Positions 1-9,268 of a stretch of DNA of 64,000 nt are shown here, one piece after another; the stretch's first letter is position 1, and each line of letters begins with the position of its first letter. This DNA is from Myxococcota bacterium. GTDB taxonomy: Bacteria > Myxococcota_A > UBA796 > SXON01. The translations under genes and the position numbers were made by a program. The stretch is from assembly GCA_040386535.1 (NCBI GenBank), contig JAZKFH010000013.1, forward strand, positions 384,928-448,927, in the 5' to 3' direction. Below the pieces are notes generated by a model that was not told the DNA's origin, ran no database searches, and was given only the letters and a program-made list of their open reading frames with translations.

Positions 1-2263
1 CACGGCGGGACTCCTGCTCGAGCGCCTGGTTTACGGTGATGGCGGCCATGTTGACGATGTCCGAGACGGTCGAGCCGAGCGCCAGGACGTTGACGGGCTG
101 CGCGGTGCCGACGAGCACCGGGCCGACGGCCGTGGCGCCGCCGAGCTCGCGGAGGAGCTTGTAGGCGATGTTGCCGGCGCCGAGCGTCGGGAAGATGAGG
201 ACGTTCGCGTCGCCCTGGATGGCCGAGAAGGGGAAGTCCGTGCTCGCCAGCTCGGCGTTCACCGCGGTGTCGGCCTGCATCTCGCCGTCGATGACGAGGG
301 AGGGCCAGGCCTGGCGTACGATGCCGATGGCCTCCTCGATCTTGTTCACGTCGGGATCGTTGCGGTGCTCGCCGAAGTCCGAGTAGGACAGCATCGCGAC
401 GCGCGGCGTGTAGCCGAACGACTGGGCGAGGCGCGCGGTGTTGATGGCGATCTGGGCGAGCGTCTTGGCGTCCGGGTTGCGGTTCACCGTGCAGTCGCCG
501 AAGAACAGCCGGCGCTGCTTGAACAACATCATGTAGACGCCGCTGACCACGGACACGGAGGGCTGGCGGCCGATGATCTGGAGCGCGGGCCGCATGGTCT
601 CGGCGTAGGCGGCGAGCAGGCCGCCCAGGAGGCCGTCGGCGTCTCCCTCGCGGACCATCATCGAGGCGTAGACCGTGTGGCGGTGGAGCGCGGCGCGGAC
701 CGCGTTCTGGGTCATGCCCTTGCGCTGGCGGCGCTTCCACAGCGACTCGAGGTACCGCTCGAAGCGGTCGTCCTCGCGCACCTCGGCGATCTCCATGTTG
801 GAGACGTCGATGTTGTGCTTGGCGGCGCGGTTGAGGATCTTCCACTCCTCGCCCACGAGGATGGGCTTGCAGATGCCCTCGTCGACCAGGATCTGCGCGG
901 CGCGCAGCACCTTGGGGTTCGACCCCTCGGGGAACACGATGCGGCGCGGGTTCAGGCGCGCCCGGTTCATCATCGGGCGGAGGATCTCCTTGCTGCGGGC
1001 CATGAGGCGCTCGAGGCGCTCCCGGTACGCGTCGAGATCGGCGATGGGCAGCCGCGCCACACCCGAGGCCGCCGCCGCCTCGGCCACCGCGGGTGCCACC
1101 CAGAGGAGCACGCGCGGATCGAACGGCTTGGGGATGATGTAGTCGGGCCCGAACTGCAGGCTGGTGAGGCCGTAGGCGGAGAGGACCTCGTCCGGCACGT
1201 CCTCCTTCGCGAGCGCCGCGAGGGCGCGCACCGCCGCGACCTTCATCTCCTCGTTGATCGCGCGGGCCCGGCAGTCGAGCGCGCCGCGGAACAGGAAGGG
1301 GAAGCCGAGGACGTTGTTGACCATGTTCGGATAGTCCGAGCGCCCGGTCGCGATGATCGCCTCGGGGACCGCGGCCTTGGCGTCCTCGTAGGTGATCTCG
1401 GGGTTCGGGTTCGCCATCGCGAACACGATGGGGCGGGGCCGCATCGCCTTGAGCATGTCCCCCTTGAGCACGCCGCCGACGGAGAGGCCGATGAACACGT
1501 CGGCGCCGATGAGCACCTCGGTCAACGTCCGCGGGACGGTGCCCTGCGCGTAGCAGCTCTTCTCCGGGAAGTTGTGCTCCTTGCGGCCCTCGTACACGAG
1601 GCCCTCGGAGTCGCACATCCAGATGTTCGAGTGCCGGAACCCGAGGCTCACGAGCAGGTTCGCGGTGGCGATGGCGGCGGCGCCGGCGCCGGAGAAGACC
1701 ACCTTCGTCTCGGCGATGTCGCGCTCGGTCAGGGCGGTCGCGTTGAGCATCCCCGCGGCGGCGATGATCGCGGTGCCGTGCTGATCGTCGTGGAACACCG
1801 GGATGTCGAGGATCTTCTGGAGCTCCCGCTCGATGTGGAAGCAGTCGGGGCTCTTGATGTCCTCGAGGTTGATCCCGCCGAAGCTCGGGGCGATCGCCTT
1901 GACGGCCGCGATGACCTCCTCGGCGGTGGGCGCGTCGAGCTCGATGTCGACGCTGTCGATGTCGGCGAACTTCTTGAAGAGGTTGGACTTGCCCTCCATC
2001 ACCGGCTTGCCGGCGAGGGGGCCGATGTTGCCGAGCCCGAGCACAGCGGTGCCGTTGGTCACGACGGCGACCAGGTTGCCCTTGGCAGTGTACTTGTACG
2101 CGTCGTCCGGGTTGCGGAAGATGGCGAGGCAGGGCTCGGCGACACCCGGCGTGTAGGCCAGCGACAGGTCGCGCTGCGTCAAGAGCGGCTTGGTGGGCAC
2201 GATCTCGATCTTTCCGGGCCGGCCCTCGGAATGGTAGTCGAGGGCGTCGGACTTGAGGCTCAC
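1..2263 (-). CDS. maeB: NADP-dependent malic enzyme with C-terminal phosphotransacetylase-like domain (3' end runs off the left edge)
   Basis: Absent from the ORF track because there is no stop in the window. Manual translation from GTG 2263 gives VSLKSDALDYHSEGRPGKIEIVPTKPLLTQRDLSLAYTPGVAEPC, then NGTAVLGLG, INLEDIK, FHDDQHGTA and GRSDYPN, with PTA-like DGEMQAD and a C-terminal IVNMAAIT. GGAG lies upstream. Confidence 0.95.
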   Translation of the reverse strand, partial: MSLKSDALDYHSEGRPGKIEIVPTKPLLTQRDLSLAYTPGVAEPCLAIFRNPDDAYKYTAKGNLVAVVTNGTAVLGLGNIGPLAGKPVMEGKSNLFKKFADIDSVDIELDAPTAEEVIAAVKAIAPSFGGINLEDIKSPDCFHIERELQKILDIPVFHDDQHGTAIIAAAGMLNATALTERDIAETKVVFSGAGAAAIATANLLVSLGFRHSNIWMCDSEGLVYEGRKEHNFPEKSCYAQGTVPRTLTEVLIGADVFIGLSVGGVLKGDMLKAMRPRPIVFAMANPNPEITYEDAKAAVPEAIIATGRSDYPNMVNNVLGFPFLFRGALDCRARAINEEMKVAAVRALAALAKEDVPDEVLSAYGLTSLQFGPDYIIPKPFDPRVLLWVAPAVAEAAAASGVARLPIADLDAYRERLERLMARSKEILRPMMNRARLNPRRIVFPEGSNPKVLRAAQILVDEGICKPILVGEEWKILNRAAKHNIDVSNMEIAEVREDDRFERYLESLWKRRQRKGMTQNAVRAALHRHTVYASMMVREGDADGLLGGLLAAYAETMRPALQIIGRQPSVSVVSGVYMMLFKQRRLFFGDCTVNRNPDAKTLAQIAINTARLAQSFGYTPRVAMLSYSDFGEHRNDPDVNKIEEAIGIVRQAWPSLVIDGEMQADTAVNAELASTDFPFSAIQGDANVLIFPTLGAGNIAYKLLRELGGATAVGPVLVGTAQPVNVLALGSTVSDIVNMAAITVNQALEQESRR

Positions 2264-2303
2264 GGGGGGCTCCGCTGGGACCCACGTGACTAACCCGTTG
2301 GCG

Positions 2304-2633
2304 TCACGCCTCGATCGTCTCTCCCCACGCCCGGACGATCTGGAGCTCGCCGCCGTGGACGAGCTCGGCGTTGGGCGATCCGCAGACGGGGCAGGGGTGC
2401 TCGTCGTGGGGGTACTCGGCGCCGCAGTCCTTGCACTTGAGCAAGGCGTCGACCACGGTGATCTGCACCTCGACGCGCGGGAGCATGGCGCACAACATGG
2501 CGCGGAGCTGCTCGGGATCCAGCTCGACCATCTTGCCCACCTGCACCTCGATCCCGACCAGACGGAAACCGCTGGCGGGCAGCTGCGCGTTGAGACCTTC
2601 GAGGAGCTGACCGGCGAGTTCCGTGAGCGACAT
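2304..2633 (-). CDS. HypA/HybF-like zinc-finger protein lacking the N-terminal MHE nickel motif
   Basis: 109 aa with CKDC...CPVCGS, 'VGKMVELDPEQL' and 'GGELQI', all HypA-like. The N-terminus is MSLTE. Confidence 0.75.
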   Translation of the reverse strand: MSLTELAGQLLEGLNAQLPASGFRLVGIEVQVGKMVELDPEQLRAMLCAMLPRVEVQITVVDALLKCKDCGAEYPHDEHPCPVCGSPNAELVHGGELQIVRAWGETIEA

Positions 2634-2748
2634 CCGCCCAGTCTATCGGCGCCGGGATCGGGCGGCTCCACCGGCACTCGAAGGAGGGGCCCGAAGCGGG
2701 GAGCGGCCGCATCGGCACCGCTACGGTGGTTATTCCAGTGGTTCCCTC

Positions 2749-5035
2749 CATGACGCTGCTCCCTCCCGACGGCACCATCACGGCGCTGCTCGGCCCCACC
2801 AACACCGGCAAGACGCACCGCGCCATCCAGCGCATGCTGTTGCACCGCAGTGGGATGATCGGGTTGCCCCTGCGCTTGTTGGCGCGGGAGGTCTACGATC
2901 GCATCACGGCCGAGAAGGGCGAGCAGGCGGTCGCGCTGGTCACGGGCGAGGAGAAGCGCATCCCCGCGAACCCGAAGTGGTTCGTGTGCACGGTCGAGGC
3001 GATGCCGGTCGACCGACAGGTGGCGTTCCTCGCGGTGGACGAGATCCAGCTCGCCGGGGATCGGAACCGCGGGCACGTCTTCACCGACCGGCTCCTGAAC
3101 GCGCGCGGGGTCCGCGAGACGATGTTCCTCGGCAGCGACACGATCGCGCCGCTGCTCGAGCGCCTCGTCCCCACCGCGCAGATCGAGCGGCAGGCGCGCT
3201 TCTCCAAGCTCTCGCACCTCGGGTACCGCAAGCTCGGCGCCCTGCCGAAGCGCACCGCGATCGTGGCCTTCTCCGCGGCCGAGGTCTACGTGCTCGCCGA
3301 GCGCCTGCGCGCCCGCCACGGGGGCACCGCGGTGGTGCTCGGCGCCCTGTCCCCGCGCACGCGCAACGCGCAGGTGGCGATGTACCAGTCCGGTGAGGTG
3401 CCCTACCTCGTCGCGACCGACGCGATCGGCATGGGCCTGAACATGGACATCGAGCACGTCGCGTTCTCGGCGGCCCGCAAGTTCGACGGCACGGGGTTTC
3501 GCGGGCTCACCCCCGCCGAGACCGCGCAGATCGCGGGGCGCGCGGGGCGGTTCCGCCGCGACGGCACGTTCGGGGCCACGGGCGAGCTCGGCGGGCTCGA
3601 TCAGGACGTGATCCACGCCGTGGAGAGCCACGCCTTCGCGCCGCTCAAGAAGTTGTGGTGGCGCAGCTCGGAGCTCGACTTCAGCTCGGTCGACGCGTTG
3701 CGGGAGAGCCTCGGCGCGCGCGCGCCCGCCGGTTTTCTCGCCCCCGCGCGGGAGGAGGAGGACGAGCGCGCGCTGCACGCCCTGGCCGGCATCCCCGAGG
3801 TGCGCCTCGCGGCCCGGCATCCCGACGACGTGCGCCTGCTGTGGGAGGTGTGCCAGGTCCCCGACTTCCGCAAGCTGCTCACCGACGCGCACGTGCAGCT
3901 CCTCGCGCGCATCTTCGGCCACCTGTCCGGGTCGGGCGTGATCCCCGGCGCGTGGATCGGCCGCCAGCTCGAACAGCTCGACCGGGCGGACGGAGACCTC
4001 GACCTGTTGATGACCCGCCTCGCCCACGTCCGCACGTGGACCTACGTGTCGAGCCGCTCGGCGTGGCTGGACGATGCGCTGGGGTGGCAGGGGCGCGCCC
4101 GGGCCATCGAGGATCGGCTCTCCGACGCGCTCCACGCCGAGCTCACCCAGCGCTTCGTGGACCGCCGGGCGCTGGTGCTCGGCGCCTCTCCGAGCGGCGC
4201 GGTTGGCGAGCGCGGCGAGGTGCGTGTGGGCGGCTATGTCGTCGGCACGCTGGTCGGGCTCACGTGGACCGCGCAGGACGCCGATCGCCTCTCGGAGCGC
4301 GCGGCCCGGGAGACCCTGGCGGGCGAGCTCGCGGAGCGGGTGGAGCGCGCCGTCGCCGCGACCCACGACGCGTTCACGCTCGACGACGAGGGGCAGGTGC
4401 GCTGGGAGGGCGGCGTGGTGGCGCGGCTCGTGGCGGGGCCGGGCGTGCTGGAGCCGGGCCTGAAGATGGCGCGCCACGATCTACTCTCGCCCTCGGCGCT
4501 CCAGCGGGTCCAGCGTCGTGTAACCGCGTTCGTTCGGGACTGGGTGGCGGCGGTGGTCGCGCCCCTCCACGGCCGCGAGGCGGACGGCCTCCACGGCCCT
4601 GCGCAGGGCCTGATCTACGCGCTGACCCAGGGCCTCGGCGTCGTGACCGCGGGGGACGTGGCGGACCTGGTGCGGGCCGTTCCCGAGCGCGACCGGCGCG
4701 TGCTCTCCCGCCTCGGCGTGCGGTTCGGCGTGGAGCACGTCTGGGCCCTGCCCCTGCTCCCGGGCGCGCGGGAGCACGCCATCCTCTGGCGGGTGCTCCA
4801 CCCGGGTGACACGCGCTCCCCGGGCTTCCACCGCGCCGTGGGGACGCCGATCGTAGGGGGGGTGCCCGTTCCGGTCGAGGCCCTGGAGGCGTTCGCCGCG
4901 AAGGCCCGCGCGGGCGCGCGCGGCGGCACGTTCTCGACGCCGGAGGGGCTCTCCCCGTCCGAAGCGAGCGCGGTGTTGGAGGGGCTCGGGTACCGGCGCC
5001 AGGGGGAGTTCTGGACGAGGGGACGGCGGCGGTAG
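2749..5035 (+). CDS. Suv3-like SF2 helicase (bacterial MgpS-type)
   Basis: Motifs LGPTNTGKT, PLRLLAREVY, DEIQ, ATDAIGMGLN and QIAGRAGR. ATG 2749 is preferred over GTG 2726. Confidence 0.88.
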
Positions 5036-5045
5036 GGCGCCTGTC

Positions 5046-6026
5046 CTATTCCCGCAGCGCGAACGTACAGACCGGCACGCCGGCCACCACGTGCGTGCGC
5101 TCGGCGAGGCTCACCACGAAGCCGGTGTCCTCGGCGTGGATCTCCTCGAGCAGGGCACCCGACAGCGCGCGGATCTCGGCCACGAGATCCCCCCGTTCGA
5201 GGAGCGTGCCGGGCGCCACACGCGGCACGAGCACGCCGGTGGAGGAGGCGCGCGGCCCGCTGTCCCGCCGCCAGGGGCCGCCCTCGACACGCGTCGTGTG
5301 CGCGGTGGCCGGGGCCTCCACCATGCCGAGCGCGTGCAACATGCCGAGCACCGCGTTCGTGGCGGTCTCGACCGCGGCCGTGTCGAGGTAGAGCCGCGGA
5401 CCAGCCTCGATCGTGACGGCGGGCACCTGCAGACGGTTGAGCACGGCGCCGGTGAGCGAGCGATCGAGCCGGTACCGGGCGTAGCGGTCCTCCGGGTACT
5501 CGTGGAGCACCGTCAGGCCGCTGCTCGTCGCGATTGCGCGCGCGCCCGCCTCCAGCGCGCCGCGGTTGGCATGGCGCAGGCCCGTAGCGCGGTCGAGCAG
5601 GGCATAGGGGAGGGAGGCCGGGGCGTCGGTGTGCAGGTCGACGACGAGGTCGGGGGTGTGCGCGCAGAGGTCGGTCCACACGGCGTGCGCGAGGCGCTCC
5701 GACGGGCTCCCGGCGGCGTCCCCGGGGAACAGGCGGTTCAGGTCCTGGTCGTCCTCCGGCACCTTCCGCGAGCGCCGCTCGAGCCCCTCGGGGTTGAGGG
5801 TCGGGTAGAGGTGGACGGTGCCCCGCAGGAGCATGGCATCGAGGATTGGCAGCAGGCGCAGGACGGCGCCGATGCCGGTGCACTCGTCGCCGTGCACGTT
5901 CGCCGCGATGACGACGACGGGCCCCTTCTCGCCGGCGCGGCGTCGCTCTGCGGGCGCGGCGATCGTGATGAGCGTCAGGTCCATGCCCCGGCTGCCGAGC
6001 GCGATCCGGGAGACGGTGCGCGGCAC
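5046..6026 (-). CDS. Succinylglutamate desuccinylase/aspartoacylase (M14-like) family deacylase
   Basis: HGDE, R..DLNRLFPG, VDLHT and TIEAG motifs, plus a C-terminal barrel-sandwich-like segment. Confidence 0.85.
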   Translation of the reverse strand: MPRTVSRIALGSRGMDLTLITIAAPAERRRAGEKGPVVVIAANVHGDECTGIGAVLRLLPILDAMLLRGTVHLYPTLNPEGLERRSRKVPEDDQDLNRLFPGDAAGSPSERLAHAVWTDLCAHTPDLVVDLHTDAPASLPYALLDRATGLRHANRGALEAGARAIATSSGLTVLHEYPEDRYARYRLDRSLTGAVLNRLQVPAVTIEAGPRLYLDTAAVETATNAVLGMLHALGMVEAPATAHTTRVEGGPWRRDSGPRASSTGVLVPRVAPGTLLERGDLVAEIRALSGALLEEIHAEDTGFVVSLAERTHVVAGVPVCTFALRE

Positions 6027-7964
6027 CTACGAATCCCCGGGAGCGTCCAGCACGCGCCGGATGGCCGCGAGCAACTCGATCGACCGGAAGGGCTTCCGCA
6101 TGAGCGCGTGGATCTGGCCGGAGGAGGCGTGCCTCGCCAGCCGATCGTCGGGGTGCCCGGACATGAACAGCACCCGCGTCTCCGGGTGGGATTCGCGCAC
6201 CCGGGCGGCGAGCTCGGTGCCGGACATGCCGGGCATCACGACGTCCGTGAGGAGCAGATCCACGCGGTTGCGCATCTGGCGCACGAGCTCCAGCGCGGGC
6301 TCCGCGCCCGGGGCCGCGAGCGGCACGTAGCCGTTCTCGGCGAGCACCTGGGTGGTCAGATCGAGCAGCGTGAGCTCGTCCTCGACCACGAGGATCCGCT
6401 CACCCCGGCCCAGGGCCACCTGCCCGGGGGGCGCGGAAGGTTCGAGGGAGAGGGGCAGCTTCGCCGCGGGGAGCAGGATGAGGAACGTGGTCCCGACACC
6501 GAGCTCGGTCCGGAGCTGCACGGCGCCGCCGCCGCTGGTCACGACGTGTTGCACGATCGAGAGTCCGAGCCCCGTGCCGCGGCCGTCCTCCTTGGTGGTG
6601 AAGAAGGGGACGAACACCTGCGCGACGAGGTCGTCCGGGATCCCCGTGCCGGTGTCCTCCACCTCGAGGGTGACGTAGTCCCCCGCGGGCAAGCCGAATT
6701 CCGGGGTCGCGAGCACCCTGTGGCCGGTGCGGTAGATCAGGCGACCGCCGAGCGGCATCGCGTCCCGCGCGTTCACCGCGAGGTTGAGCAGCACCTGCTC
6801 GAGCTGGGCGCGGCCGATGCGGATCGCGTCGAGCGGCTGGGCGAACTCGGTGACGAAGCTGATGTCCTCGCTGGTCACCCGTTGGAGCAGGTGGCGGTTC
6901 TCCGCGATGAGGGCGTTCAGATCGAGGAGCTCGGGCGCCACGGCGTCGTGACGCCCGAACGACATCAGGCGCCGGGAGAGGGCGGCGGCGCGCATGGCCG
7001 CGCTGTGGATCTGCTCGGTGTACTCACGGGTGCGCGGGTCGGTGGAGCGCATCCGCGCGAGCTCGGCCACGTTCAGGATGACGGCGAGCATGTTGTTGAA
7101 GTCGTGGACGACCCCGCCGGCGACACGCCCCACCGCTTCGGTGCGTTGCGACTGGCGGAGGTGCTCGGTGAGGAGCAGCCGCTCCTCCTCGTTGCGCCGC
7201 GCCGGCGTCAGGTCGACGAACTGCCCCACCCAGTAGTGCGGCGCGCCCGAGTCGTGGCGCACCACGTGCGCCTTGCAGCGCAGGAACATCGACGTGCCGT
7301 CCTTCGTGAGGATCCGCCGCACCACGTCACGCTCGCCCACCTCGCCGCGGCGCTCGCGCTCGTCGTTCGCGCGGCTCGCGTCACGGTCGACGGGGTCGAC
7401 CAGGTCGAGCCAATCCGTCTCGAGCAGCTCTTCCGGCGTGTAGCCGACGAGCTCGCACAACGCGCGGTTCACACGGATGAACCGGCCCTCCGGGAGGTTG
7501 ACCGCCATGGGGAAGGGGGCTTCCTGGAACAGCTCGGAGAACTCGGCCTCGCGCTCGGCCAGCGCCGACTCGGCGTGCTTGCGGTGCGTCACGTCCTGGA
7601 TCACGGCGAGCACCCAGTGCGCGCCGTCCGGCCCCCGCCAGCTGTTGGCGGTGACGTGACCCCAGACGATCGTGCCGTCGGGTTGCACGTAGCGCTTCTC
7701 CCAGTCGACCGCGCCGCCCGCGTTCACCGTGCGGGCGCGCGCGTGGCTCTCCTCGAGGTCATCGGGGTGGGTCACGTCGTAGATCGTGAGCCCGACGAGC
7801 TCGGCGGGCGAGCGCGCGAGGAGGCGGCTCATGGCGAGGTTGGCGAGGCGGATGCGCCGCCCGATGTCCAGGATTGCCATCGCCGTGGGAGAGCTCTCGA
7901 AGAGCGCGCGGAATCCCGCATCCGTCACGGGGGGCGCGGCGATTCCTTCAGCGTGTTCAGGCAC
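6027..7964 (-). CDS. Cytoplasmic hybrid sensor kinase: PAS-PAS-HisKA-HATPase-REC (CckA-like)
   Basis: Two PAS/PAC repeats (HPDD, DPVD), VHDFNNML H-box, NLAVNARDAM, DTGTG, PFFTTK, GTGLGL and receiver LLLTDVVMP...KPF. Start is uncertain (GTG 7964 chosen; the ORF opens at 8060). Confidence 0.9.
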   Translation of the reverse strand: MPEHAEGIAAPPVTDAGFRALFESSPTAMAILDIGRRIRLANLAMSRLLARSPAELVGLTIYDVTHPDDLEESHARARTVNAGGAVDWEKRYVQPDGTIVWGHVTANSWRGPDGAHWVLAVIQDVTHRKHAESALAEREAEFSELFQEAPFPMAVNLPEGRFIRVNRALCELVGYTPEELLETDWLDLVDPVDRDASRANDERERRGEVGERDVVRRILTKDGTSMFLRCKAHVVRHDSGAPHYWVGQFVDLTPARRNEEERLLLTEHLRQSQRTEAVGRVAGGVVHDFNNMLAVILNVAELARMRSTDPRTREYTEQIHSAAMRAAALSRRLMSFGRHDAVAPELLDLNALIAENRHLLQRVTSEDISFVTEFAQPLDAIRIGRAQLEQVLLNLAVNARDAMPLGGRLIYRTGHRVLATPEFGLPAGDYVTLEVEDTGTGIPDDLVAQVFVPFFTTKEDGRGTGLGLSIVQHVVTSGGGAVQLRTELGVGTTFLILLPAAKLPLSLEPSAPPGQVALGRGERILVVEDELTLLDLTTQVLAENGYVPLAAPGAEPALELVRQMRNRVDLLLTDVVMPGMSGTELAARVRESHPETRVLFMSGHPDDRLARHASSGQIHALMRKPFRSIELLAAIRRVLDAPGDS

Positions 7965-8088
7965 TGCGGCTTCGTACCAGATGTCGCGGCCCTGGACAAC
8001 ATCAGCGTTCGTTCGCCGCGCGGAGAGCGGGTGAAGGCACGCCGGAAGACGACGCGCCATCGTGAACCCCGCGGAGCGCGGCGCCGGT

Positions 8089-9252
8089 TCAGACGGCGGC
8101 GCACACCACGAATTTGAGGAACCGCCCCTCGGGGAAGTGGAGCGCGGCCGGGAAGTCCAGCGGCTGGGAGCCGTCGTGCAGCATGCGGAGGGGGCGGTCG
8201 GCCTTGCGCGCGCCGTTCACCAGCATGCCCTGGAACCGATGGGGGCTCACGGAGCCGAGGTTCGACGCGGCGATGAGCCAGCCGCCCGGGGGGAGCACCC
8301 GCAGGGCTGCCGAGACCAGGCGTGCGTAGTCCTGCTCGCCGGACCACGTGCCGTCCTTCGAGTGGGAGTGGCCGGGCGGATCGAGCAGCACGCGATCGAA
8401 GCGCCGGCCCTGGCGCCGGAACCGGTCCAGCGCCTTGAAGGAGTCCTCGGCGAGCAGCTCGCCCGGGGGCAGGCCGTTGGCGGCGAAGTTCGCCGCCGCG
8501 CGGTCGAGGTAGGGCTGCGAGAGGTCGACGGTGACGGTCTCCGCGCCGTGTTTCGCCGCGGAGACCGAGAAGGCGCCGGTGTGTGCGAAGAGGTTCAGCA
8601 GGGAGCGCCCGCGCCAGTGGGGCTCGAGCCACGCGCGGTTGTCGCGCATGTCGGGAAACAGGCCCACGTCCTTGCCCGCGCCGGGCCGCACGAGGAACGC
8701 GACGCCCCGCTCGGACACGGGCTCCTCGGCCTCGGGCGTGCCGCGCAGCACCCGCGGGGGCGGGGTGGGGCGGTCCTTCTCCCGCGGGTCCGGGCGCCAC
8801 GCGAGGAGGATCGCGCGCGGCGAGAGGAGCGCCTCGACGGCGTCCGCGAGGGCGTCGAGCAGGGGAGAGAGCGCCGCCGCGTCGAGCGTGATCACCACCT
8901 GGGTGCCCCACACGTCGATGCGGATGCCGGGCAGGTCGTCGTTCTCGGCGTTCACGAGCCGCCACGCGGTCGTGTCCGGCGGGAGCGCGCCGTGGCGGAG
9001 CGCGAAGGCGGCGTCCACCCGCGCGCGGATCAGCGCGGCGTCGAGCGGGCCTTCATCGTCGCGGAACCGGCGGGCGGCGATCCACCCGTCGTCCGCGAGG
9101 GCGGTGCCGAGCACCACGCCGGCCGCGGTCACGAGGCGCACGACCTCTCCGGGCTTCGCGCGCCCCGTCGTCACTTCATTGGGGTAGACCCAGGGAAATC
9201 CCTGTCGCAACCACTTCTCGCTGTACCCGTTGACCGTCAGCGTGTTCGCCAC
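8089..9252 (-). CDS. rlmI: RlmI-like class I SAM-dependent rRNA m5C methyltransferase
   Basis: PUA-like GFPWVY, RLVNAENDDLPG, GLFPDMRDNR, LNLFAHTGAFS, LLDPP and FPEGRFLK. GTG 9252 has GGAG upstream. Confidence 0.8.
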   Translation of the reverse strand: MANTLTVNGYSEKWLRQGFPWVYPNEVTTGRAKPGEVVRLVTAAGVVLGTALADDGWIAARRFRDDEGPLDAALIRARVDAAFALRHGALPPDTTAWRLVNAENDDLPGIRIDVWGTQVVITLDAAALSPLLDALADAVEALLSPRAILLAWRPDPREKDRPTPPPRVLRGTPEAEEPVSERGVAFLVRPGAGKDVGLFPDMRDNRAWLEPHWRGRSLLNLFAHTGAFSVSAAKHGAETVTVDLSQPYLDRAAANFAANGLPPGELLAEDSFKALDRFRRQGRRFDRVLLDPPGHSHSKDGTWSGEQDYARLVSAALRVLPPGGWLIAASNLGSVSPHRFQGMLVNGARKADRPLRMLHDGSQPLDFPAALHFPEGRFLKFVVCAAV

Positions 9253-9268
9253 GCGATAGGCTCCGGGG

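Noticed and set aside
365..2293. 642-aa plus-strand ORF
   Set aside because: Antisense shadow of maeB on the minus strand; long shadow ORFs are expected at this GC content.
5091..8117. 1008-aa plus-strand ORF, and similar long ORFs at 21515-25135, 26661-30584, 35770-38568 and 46853-49705
   Set aside because: They lie antisense to well-supported genes and have no recognisable motifs.
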